Shown here: positions 55,960 to 64,000 of the stretch, piece after piece | How positions within the stretch are numbered: the first letter of the stretch is position 1 | How the letters are laid out: each line of letters begins with the position of its first letter | Origin: a virus | DNA: 64,000 nucleotides | IMG/VR virus record: IMGVR_UViG_3300005253_000031 | Coordinates: 1-64,000 of that record | Direction: 5' to 3' (one strand) | Notes under the pieces: generated by a model | The model's database searches: none | Told to the model about the DNA's origin: nothing | What the model saw: only the letters and a program-made list of their open reading frames with translations | Position numbers and translations under genes: made by a program

Positions 55960-58023
55960 TTATCGGCTATGTAAGTTGGGGGCTATGTTTTCCGTCCAGT
56001 ATTTAACTGCCGCCACCTGTATTTTAGGTGGAAACTTAGTTAATGGGAAGATGGTAACGTTACGCGGGTCCTTACCCGACGAGGCTATTACGTGTACAGC
56101 CTCCTTGAGCTGAACCCTGAACATAGCATCTGAATGTCGGTTTCGCTCATGCATGGCCACGACTGCCTCAGCGGAATTGGTAAACTGAATTCCCTTTGAA
56201 CAAAACACACAGCCGTAAACGGTAATCTTTTCCGGCATTACTTTCGCCCCCGCCTTCGCTTTGGGTTTGCTGCTCTCTCACTGTTCCTCATCCGAGACTC
56301 TAGAGAACGTCGAGTACTACGTCGAGATAAATTCTCTTGTTCTGCCACAGCTTGGGTATTGCCTCTAATGCAAGTGTAACAAGGAGAGCCCTTCTCAACA
56401 ACTACCACCCGTTGTGTAATCTCACGGGTAGTTACCTCTCGCTCGATTAACTTTTTCCGTTCGGACATCGACACACTTGCTGGCCACTTAAAGTCATCTG
56501 TCACCTTGGGGAACTTGCCATCATTGCTGATCTCCATATTTAATCCAAAGAACGACAACACATCTGGGCAGTCGTCGTCGAACTTCACCAGAATGAGGTC
56601 TCCCTCGTTTGTAACCCTGGATTTTATAGGGCAACGCTCCCAGGTATCCGTTGGCATGTAGTCCATTTATCACCTCTAATGCGGGAAACGTTTCCCCAAA
56701 ATTTTTGTCAAAACAGTCATCACCAAGGTTAACGCGAGGATTGCAAAAACGCTACCCTGTAGGTTCCAATCAGTAAATCTACCAATAAACAACCAAATGG
56801 CGTCGTGAGTAGCATGCAACACGAACCAAACGGCGAATACAGCTACATGCCATATGAGGCTCTTAGATAACATTATACCACCACTCGCTTACTCACCATA
56901 GTGTCTCTTTCCCCCTGCGTCAGATACCAAACGGTACGTTCGTTGGCATAAACGCCGTTCGCGAACACGTCGCCACAGTGAACGCACTTCTTGACGTTCT
57001 CCCCTTCAATAGAGGATACTATGTGATTCTGGATACTGTGGCCGCATTGCTTACTCATGTTGTTTCCTTTCCGTGTCGTAGCACTGCTAAGGGTGAGATT
57101 CCGCTGCATGACCCCCACAGGCCATACGGTACCTATGTCCGCCTGTCCTTCCACACTTGGAACATACACGGGGCTGTACTTTGCGGGTCTCACAATTGGG
57201 GGAGGTCACGATGTCCCTGCTGTCAACGGGGCCTTGGTAATTTCCCACACGCCAGCGCCCAGGTTCTTGGCGACTAGCTGGCGTTGACGCCCTTCGACTG
57301 TAATGCGGTCGCGTTCGTAGAGTAGGATGTATGACCACACCTTACGTTCGCACCGTTGCCTGTAGTCTTCGCGGTAGTAGTGGCCTGGTTGCACTAGACC
57401 TTCTCGTGCCTTGACGCTTAGTGCCTTCATGGTTTTCCCTCCCCCCAGGGTAGCTGGTCAAAATACTTGAGTGCGGCGTCGCGTTGTTTTACGCCGTTGC
57501 AGATGTAGCAGTCGGTCCTACCCATTGGGCAGATGTAGTCGTTGTCCTCACAGCTAGAACTTTTCAAGGCCGTGCGTATGACGTCCACGTCTGCTGGTGT
57601 AAGCAGTAAATACTTCATGATGTTCTCGCTTTCAGTCCCGTGTAAACGGACTAATTACTGTTGACCCACGGAACGACAGTTCGTTGTAGCTGGCCTGCAC
57701 GCGGCGGTTATAATCCTGTTTGCCTCGTATGCAGGGAAGACATACACGTACAGAGTTGTTCGAATCATGCCTGTCCAAGGTTAACCCACAGTGGGCATAG
57801 ACCTGGACATTACTAAGTGTTGCGCGTATTAAGTGCTTCATCTACTTACAATCTCCCCCATCTCATTTACCCCGTAGTCTGAAAGCTCTTGGATATACTC
57901 AACGGTGGTCTCCAGCGCCTCGGCGACCTCGTTTGCAGTCCGGGAAACGTTAAAGCCCGACTCATCGTTATATACTTCGGGCTTCTCGCCCACTAGCTTA
58001 ACCATGAAAACTTTTACTTGCAT
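55960..58023 (-). CDS. Array of eight small hypothetical genes (55960-56238, 56238-56666, 56676-56873, 56873-57058+, 57206-57430, 57427-57618, 57632-57841, 57838-58023)
   Basis: Abutting short ORFs, several with CxxC pairs, downstream of an early-type promoter. Confidence 0.55.
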
Positions 58024-58060
58024 CTGCTGTGTACCTTTCTCTTTTGCTTACTGTACACTT

Positions 58061-58089
58061 ACCTTATCACATGTAATCCTTAGTGTATA
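58061..58089 (-). promoter_or_regulatory. Sigma70-like (early-type) promoter
   Basis: TATACA-N17-TAAGGT with TG extension. Confidence 0.55.
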
Positions 58090-58483
58090 CATGTAGCTAG
58101 ATTATATAGATGTTAAGTTTAGGTTATATTTAGCATAGACGTTCCCTGCGGGCGCTTTACAACGTCCGAATACAAACATCTTGTTCCCCAACTTTCCCGA
58201 TAATCTAGACGACCTTTCGGCCCGTCCTACCACGTTCATTAGCACTCTTCTAAATAGGAGTTACTTACCTGCCCAGGTATCTCTTTACCAGGTGCCCGCT
58301 CATAACGGATCTTCATCCCGACGTCCATTGGTTGATCACGGTCGTTCGCTTCACGCTTTTTTGCGTTCCCCCTTCCCAAAGAGCATGGGCGGGGTACCTC
58401 ATCGGAGAAATCAATCTCCCCTACTTATTTTCTTCTGGGACCAATTACCGGATTAATAGGGTGCTTGTAACACAACTCCTTTC

Positions 58484-58526
58484 AATACAAAAATGGCCTC
58501 ACGTCCCGACGAGACGTAAAGCCATT
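58484..58526 (-). terminator. Rho-independent terminator
   Basis: AATGGCTTTACGTCTC-GTC-GGGACGTGAGGCCATT followed by TTTGTATT, just after the stop at 58532. Confidence 0.65.
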
Positions 58527-58531
58527 AGGCA

Positions 58532-58789
58532 TTATCCAAGTGTTAGTTGATAGTTACCTGTGCTTGTTGCCTTGCAGTCTGTGAAGAGGTGGGAAACATA
58601 GTTTTCTAATTCGAAAAATCCAGACGTGCCTTTTTGAAGCGCATCCTTCATCCAACCGCACTGAAAACATTGTAAGTACCATCCATAGGTATCATTTTCC
58701 CTATAGACGTCACCCTTGCAACGGCGACAGGCTTTCAACCATAAATTGACTGTATTCTGTTTTGCTGTTCGCGTAATCTCTCTAACCAT
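58532..58789 (-). CDS. Small zinc-ribbon protein
   Basis: LKACRRCKGDVY.E.D.YGWYLQCFQCGW; own GGTATAATGTA promoter and AAGGAG SD. Confidence 0.7.
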   Translation of the reverse strand: MVREITRTAKQNTVNLWLKACRRCKGDVYRENDTYGWYLQCFQCGWMKDALQKGTSGFFELENYVSHLFTDCKATSTGNYQLTLG

Positions 58790-58966
58790 TCCACTCCTTA
58801 GTTACATTATACCTATGAAGTGCAAGTTCAAGAGAGTGTTATGGACTACGTGTCACCAACATGGCAACCTCTTTTCGAGGACCGTAATTAAACCGCATAG
58901 CCTTCCCCTTTCCTTTGCTGCTCAGGTCGATCAGATTCGACAGAGAGCAATGTTTTAGTTGTTCCG

Positions 58967-61900
58967 CTAGTATCCACCGCGTTGTACTCCTCTACGTGCA
59001 TCATCTTGCACTTTTTGAAATATTTCTTCTCCAGTGGTAAAGTCCCCAATAGCTGAGGACGTGAAGTTCTTGGTAACTCTTAGCGTACACGAAAACGACG
59101 GTTCTCGATAGTCTATCCCAGTTATCAGATATATGTCATCAATGTGGTTGGGTTCATCCACCTGTACTCTTATCAAATCCCCAACTCGAACATAACTGCG
59201 TTTCTCAATTCGATATTCGTCAGCATTATCCCATTGCGTATCCGTGCCGCCGGCTAATGCAGCAACTCCAATTACAGTGTCTCCCTCATTAGTAGTAGTT
59301 GTTATGCTACTAACTACCTGTGTTCCGTTACCGGCCGTAACGTTAGTCACCAAATCTCCCGGCTCTACATCCCACTTTTTGAAGTTTACATCGATATCTA
59401 TTAAATTAGCTAAGTCGTTGCCTCCATTGTGCTCGTATATACCTGAGGGTTCAATCGAGCCATCCAGCAAATGTCCAACATCTACACCGAGGATTGCCCA
59501 CCCCTTCCGCTCTGTAAGACGAGTATAAAACGGCAATCTAAACGTTTGAAGCATTCCGCGTTGAGACTGATTACTGAGACGGGCCAACTCCGTATCCGCC
59601 CTAACACCGGCCTCACCAGTTGAACGTATGCTGTAGTCTACTATGGTGGTCATGTTGGTTCTACTCTGGGTTCGTTGTGCCCTAGTGTTGTCAGCCACCA
59701 CGTCAATTACGATCCCCCCCGATGTTCTTCCTATTACGCGAACCCGATTAACTGAAGATCTTGTGGATTTGGAGAACTCCCCGGATTTCACAGGCCATAT
59801 CTGTTTGGCGCTGTCACCTTTCTGTCGTATGGTTTGACCAAACTCCTGAGGTCCTCTCCACGGCTTAGATCCCATTCTAAAGTAACAGGTCTTAAAACGT
59901 GTTCTTCGAATTCTGATTAAATCCCCAATATCGAAATCGTTGTCTGATCCACCCGACAAGCCGTCCGCAACTAACAACTTGTCGTACAGGTTGGTATCAG
60001 TGTCTATGCCGGTAACTATGCCGGTAGAACCATCGGTACGGTTATCAATTATGTCCCCCACCAGCACACCGTGAGTACCGATAAAATCTTCGCTGTTGTC
60101 TATAAAATTCGCGTTGTTCGTGGTTCCGTCATGTGTTAGACTTTCGACTATAACGTCATCGTGAGTCTCGTCTAAGCCACACAGCAGATACCCGCTTCCC
60201 GGTCCGGGCGTTACTAAATCTATCTCGGCCTTAGTTGCGGGGGAGACACTGCTCTGAATAGACAGCCAATATCCCCGCATATCTCCGACGTCTGCAAAGC
60301 CCGGGGCACTGGCTTCTGGATTGCCTGCTACTAATACCGACGGCACCCAGTCGTTGGGTATCTCCCACTCCAGTGTTACAGTGTTAAACTCTGTGAACGC
60401 AACGTTGGTCTCTTTCAGAATCACTGTGCGCCACCGACTGAGAACCTGATAAGACTCTGCCGAAGCGCTCCAGCTCATACCCCCAGAAACAGCCGTGATG
60501 GTTGTGTCAGTATAGGCCGTAATCACTCCCACTGCTCCGTCTGTAACGTTTACGATTAAATCGCCTTCCCGTATCCCAGAGTCATCAAAGTTAGCTCCCG
60601 CGTCCGTCAATACTGTAGCGCTTGTGCCTCCGCTATGTGTTCCAGATGCTCTAAGCTCTAGATTTAGAACGGAATAGTTGTCTCCTTTGTCGTAATCCGT
60701 ATCCGTTCCACCCTGAAGTGTACCCACTAGCGTGGTTTCCGTAATAGCGGTTATAATGGCGTATGAGTCGTCTCGTTTGTTATGTATGATGTCGCCTACG
60801 GCCACACCGCTCAATCGAAATTCCTTGTCTGTATCCGTTAACGTTGAGGCTCCATCAGCTCCGTCATGCAAGCCTACTATTTTAGCTCGATCTGTTCCCA
60901 AATATCTCACAGTGATAGTCCCGTACTCAGCGCTTGCTGCCGTATTTTCTACTAGAAATCTTAATTGCTGTAGCGGCGCTCCGGTTCGTATATATGCTCG
61001 ATCTTCTGTTGCCCCCACGCCTGCAATGGTGGCTAGAAACCTTGCTCTACTTACGTCCTCCGTGGCGACTTCCGTAGTTTGATCTTCCCAAGCATCTCCG
61101 GATACGTTGTAAAAATACACAGCGTCGGCGTGTTCAAATACCTGGAAGCGGAAATCCTTGGCGCTGTTATTGGACCACGCGTTGGTCGAATACTGTGCCA
61201 TTTCCCCGTCTGCGTATCCCGCCGCCCCGTCATCAAACCACTTGACGAAGTCTACTGTAGCGGTATATCCCGAGACGTTTTCCTCCTGATACGATAGTAC
61301 GGCCCAATAGGTTTTCCCGCCCCGTAGCGCCACGGGCTCCGGAAACGGGAACTGAAGGATGGCCCCGCCCGCCGTAACGTCTGAGATATTTACCAGTACC
61401 GACTCTGACCACGACGTAACTAACTCCCCGCTCGGGATGTCTCCGCCCAGTGCGCCCGATGGGTCATTGGCCTCCAGTCTTACGTATATGTTGCCTGTCG
61501 GGGCTGTTCCAGTTGTGCCCAGGTATAGCCCCACCTTAGACACCCTCGTAATGCCGGTTCCCGCTGTTTTGAAGCCCTGGGCCAAGTTGCCCTGTGCGCT
61601 CGGAAAAACCAGTTCTTGAACCTCGCTGCTGGTTGTAAAGTCAATGACCGGATTCGCGGGCTCGCTTATCCCGACGGGGGCCCAATACTCGGTCTTTGAA
61701 TAGTCTAAAAATGAAGCTAACGCGCTGCGCGTAGTTCGGGAGAAGTCGGGGTCGGCAAGCTTATCGCTTTGCGAATGTTCTATTCCCTCACTTCCATCGA
61801 AATTCGAGTTAAAAGGAAACAGCATAGGTCCCGCTTCGGATCCGCCTACTGTGGGGGTCTGCCTCTGATTTAAGGCATCCTGTATAATGGCGGAGCGAGG

Positions 61901-62485
61901 CAATGAGCCTGGATCTGTCTGGGGTGAGCTATCTCTAAGTTCTGCCTCATGGCTGATTACCACCACTTTGACTAGCCGCCCTTGTCCTCCTATCGGTAAA
62001 GTTTCTTGAACGATCCCGTCCAGCAAAACCTTGTTTATATCTCGCCCAGTTATACGTACCCGCGTAACAAAGGGTATGTAAATGTCTTCTATATTTCGAC
62101 GTTGAATTACGTAGGCGTCATCCAAGTCAAAATCGTCATCTCCACCTCCACTCGTTATCAACTGTACAGATACCTCAGTAGAACTAGTTCGAGCCACAAC
62201 CTCATGTAGTGCATTGCCATCTGTGGTATTAGTCACTAGGTCTCCAGGTTGTACCAACGACGAAATAAAATTGGCTTGACTATCTATAAGTGACGCGCTA
62301 TTGTTCGCTCCCGTATGAGTGCCCGACACTAACGTTGGCAGTCTCTGACTTGGGTTTGCTAAAGTCAACGTTACCGTTCTAATGAAGCCGACTAAAGAAG
62401 CGTCGTATTGTAATTCGACAATCGACTGTTCCTCGAGAAATCCTCGAGCCTCGTTGTTAAATTCGATTTTAGAAAATTGACTCAT
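58967..62485 (-). CDS. Large tail/baseplate hub-like virion protein with five repeated ~70-aa domains
   Basis: VNRVRVIG and VRVGDLIRV..YLITGIDY resemble hub motifs; repeats of GxHxG..LxD..F..GVxxGDxxxNxTDG. Confidence 0.7.
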   Translation of the reverse strand: MSQFSKIEFNNEARGFLEEQSIVELQYDASLVGFIRTVTLTLANPSQRLPTLVSGTHTGANNSASLIDSQANFISSLVQPGDLVTNTTDGNALHEVVARTSSTEVSVQLITSGGGDDDFDLDDAYVIQRRNIEDIYIPFVTRVRITGRDINKVLLDGIVQETLPIGGQGRLVKVVVISHEAELRDSSPQTDPGSLPRSAIIQDALNQRQTPTVGGSEAGPMLFPFNSNFDGSEGIEHSQSDKLADPDFSRTTRSALASFLDYSKTEYWAPVGISEPANPVIDFTTSSEVQELVFPSAQGNLAQGFKTAGTGITRVSKVGLYLGTTGTAPTGNIYVRLEANDPSGALGGDIPSGELVTSWSESVLVNISDVTAGGAILQFPFPEPVALRGGKTYWAVLSYQEENVSGYTATVDFVKWFDDGAAGYADGEMAQYSTNAWSNNSAKDFRFQVFEHADAVYFYNVSGDAWEDQTTEVATEDVSRARFLATIAGVGATEDRAYIRTGAPLQQLRFLVENTAASAEYGTITVRYLGTDRAKIVGLHDGADGASTLTDTDKEFRLSGVAVGDIIHNKRDDSYAIITAITETTLVGTLQGGTDTDYDKGDNYSVLNLELRASGTHSGGTSATVLTDAGANFDDSGIREGDLIVNVTDGAVGVITAYTDTTITAVSGGMSWSASAESYQVLSRWRTVILKETNVAFTEFNTVTLEWEIPNDWVPSVLVAGNPEASAPGFADVGDMRGYWLSIQSSVSPATKAEIDLVTPGPGSGYLLCGLDETHDDVIVESLTHDGTTNNANFIDNSEDFIGTHGVLVGDIIDNRTDGSTGIVTGIDTDTNLYDKLLVADGLSGGSDNDFDIGDLIRIRRTRFKTCYFRMGSKPWRGPQEFGQTIRQKGDSAKQIWPVKSGEFSKSTRSSVNRVRVIGRTSGGIVIDVVADNTRAQRTQSRTNMTTIVDYSIRSTGEAGVRADTELARLSNQSQRGMLQTFRLPFYTRLTERKGWAILGVDVGHLLDGSIEPSGIYEHNGGNDLANLIDIDVNFKKWDVEPGDLVTNVTAGNGTQVVSSITTTTNEGDTVIGVAALAGGTDTQWDNADEYRIEKRSYVRVGDLIRVQVDEPNHIDDIYLITGIDYREPSFSCTLRVTKNFTSSAIGDFTTGEEIFQKVQDDARRGVQRGGY

Positions 62486-62530
62486 TTGCAGTTCCTTATA
62501 CTATTCACGATAATAGCAACTGGGGCGACA

Positions 62531-64000
62531 CTAGTTCCACTCTCGTAGGACGGGCAGTGCCGGGGTCCATGTGGTTTCGAATTTCATCTGAAACTCTATA
62601 CGACTGGTTCCCCCTTCTTCTACGATTGTCATAGCGGTTATGACACCTTGATATGTGCGGCTTAGGGTGGTGAGTTTTAATGTGATGCGTGGTTTAACCG
62701 TTGGAATGTCCTTGTTCCACATTATAGCCATTTCCTCTAGGTCGATAAAGTCGGGTTCATGCCCTAGAGAGATGGGATGTGGAGAATGCTGAATGACCGT
62801 TCTTCCTTTTATCTCATGTGTGTAATATACAAAGTTCAAAGATACGGCATCATTGTTATGGCCGGGATTGTTTAGCGCCAAAGCTTTTGTAACCATCTTA
62901 CCTTTCCACTCAACTATCTGGAAATCAAAGTCGAGATCTACTCCCGCCCCCCCGAAAAAGGGTTGATATCCCGGTATTACTGCTCTCCCTCCGGTTTGTT
63001 GTGTGGTACGTGCTACACCGAGATTCACCGCATTAGAGGTGTTGGTGAATATGTCATCCAGCGTCGTGTCAAACCAGCACACCAGCCACCTGCCCCTACC
63101 GGTAACACCTGGAGATACGCTTATGCGTTGCATAACGTACGTGGTGCCGTCGCCCTCGGTGGTCTCGCTCTCCCACGTTGCCCCGTTGTCATGCGACACC
63201 TTGGATCTAGCCACCAGGTTGCTTACGTCCGCGCCCCTGCCGTAAGCCACGTATACATCGTCCGTACCCTGGTCTACAAAAATATTGGACCGCAGGTAGT
63301 CGTTACTGCTAATTACATTGGTCTTTTCCTCAATTTGGTCAATGCCCCCTATCTCCCAAACCCTCAGCGGAACCGGCGTAGCGAACGGGTTTCCGCTTAT
63401 GCCGGACAGCCAAAGGTGTCGCGTAGTGTGGCTTATGGCGGTGCCTATGTTGCCACCAACCGACGTTGACCAGGTCGCCTCTATGGTCTGCGACTTCCAA
63501 GAATCTGACCCGCGACTGTATACCCAGAATTGCAAGGCATTGACGCTGTTGTTCTGCACTATCGCCCATACGTCATTCGGGTCGTCCTCATCCGACGGGA
63601 ACAGGTATACCTCATGGTTATCGGACGAGGACGCGTTCCACGGGTCCAATTTATTGTCCCACGTGGCGCCGTCATCATCCGATATGAAGAAGTCGCTCTT
63701 AATAACGGCGCTGCTGCTGTTCCAGATAACCGCCAGTTCTCCTCCCCTGCTCTTTGTGATGCTGATATTCGCAGGGGGATCCGACAAGACGGCCGCGGTT
63801 ATGTTCACAGCTGCGCTCAACGAGTCATCCGCCGTGTCCAAACTACGGTACACCATCTTGGCGCTGTTGTCCTGATGGAAAGCGAGATGTATTTTAGTGC
63901 CCGTATCGCCGGGCGTCCACCTGTCGTACCATGATGAAAACGCCAGGTTCGCTATAAGACCCGCCGTGCTTACCAAGACCGGAGCGCCCCACGTATCGCC
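62531..64000 (-). CDS. Virion protein with BNR/Asp-box (sialidase-like) propeller; 5' end outside window
   Basis: SDDDGATWD, SHDNGATWE; the frame stays open to the window end (GDTWGAPV). Confidence 0.7.
   Translation of the reverse strand, partial: GDTWGAPVLVSTAGLIANLAFSSWYDRWTPGDTGTKIHLAFHQDNSAKMVYRSLDTADDSLSAAVNITAAVLSDPPANISITKSRGGELAVIWNSSSAVIKSDFFISDDDGATWDNKLDPWNASSSDNHEVYLFPSDEDDPNDVWAIVQNNSVNALQFWVYSRGSDSWKSQTIEATWSTSVGGNIGTAISHTTRHLWLSGISGNPFATPVPLRVWEIGGIDQIEEKTNVISSNDYLRSNIFVDQGTDDVYVAYGRGADVSNLVARSKVSHDNGATWESETTEGDGTTYVMQRISVSPGVTGRGRWLVCWFDTTLDDIFTNTSNAVNLGVARTTQQTGGRAVIPGYQPFFGGAGVDLDFDFQIVEWKGKMVTKALALNNPGHNNDAVSLNFVYYTHEIKGRTVIQHSPHPISLGHEPDFIDLEEMAIMWNKDIPTVKPRITLKLTTLSRTYQGVITAMTIVEEGGTSRIEFQMKFETTWTPALPVLREWN

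Noticed and set aside
8829-56879. GGTATAATG copies at 8829, 10147 and 56871 as promoters
   Set aside because: They are explained by SD-like G-rich sequence plus TAATG stop-start overlaps and lack the TA extension of the 11-mer
98-63934. Numerous plus-strand ORFs in the track
   Set aside because: They are antisense shadows of well-supported minus-strand genes or tRNAs, with no recognisable motifs
1-64000. Prophage boundary or host genes
   Set aside because: No integrase, att site or run of host housekeeping genes; host-like genes are embedded in phage operons

Overview
A 64-kb segment of a large tailed dsDNA bacteriophage genome. Essentially every real gene is on the minus strand and uses the standard code; no integrase, major capsid gene or CRISPR array is visible. 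In transcription order (right to left): (i) the end of a tail module (Asp-box protein, large tail hub-like protein); (ii) a non-coding, hairpin-rich region and small early-type genes; (iii) a PPDK-derived phosphotransferase with a replaced C-terminal domain, coupled to a CX5R phosphatase; (iv) replication genes (RNase H, DnaB, primase, sigma factor, SSB, PolA, RecA, nucleases) enclosing a putative pyrimidine-hypermodification cluster (two NMP kinases, UGM-like flavoprotein, dCTPase/dUTPase-HAD, IscA, degenerate ThyX, truncated Asp-type TS-fold protein, NDP-sugar epimerase); (v) packaging genes (TerS, TerL, intein-containing portal) and two GroES genes; (vi) about 25 kb of accessory genes, including RNA-repair and translation functions (RtcB, Rnl2-type ligase, RlaP-like nucleotidyltransferase, IF3 C-domain, 5 tRNAs, 1 pseudo-tRNA) and an MTase-Nudix multidomain protein. 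The most striking candidates are a 139-nt self-similar 'tRNA-in-a-tRNA' RNA with alanine identity, the base-modification cluster and the PPDK-like kinase/phosphatase pair. All calls come from motif recognition by eye; no searches were run.
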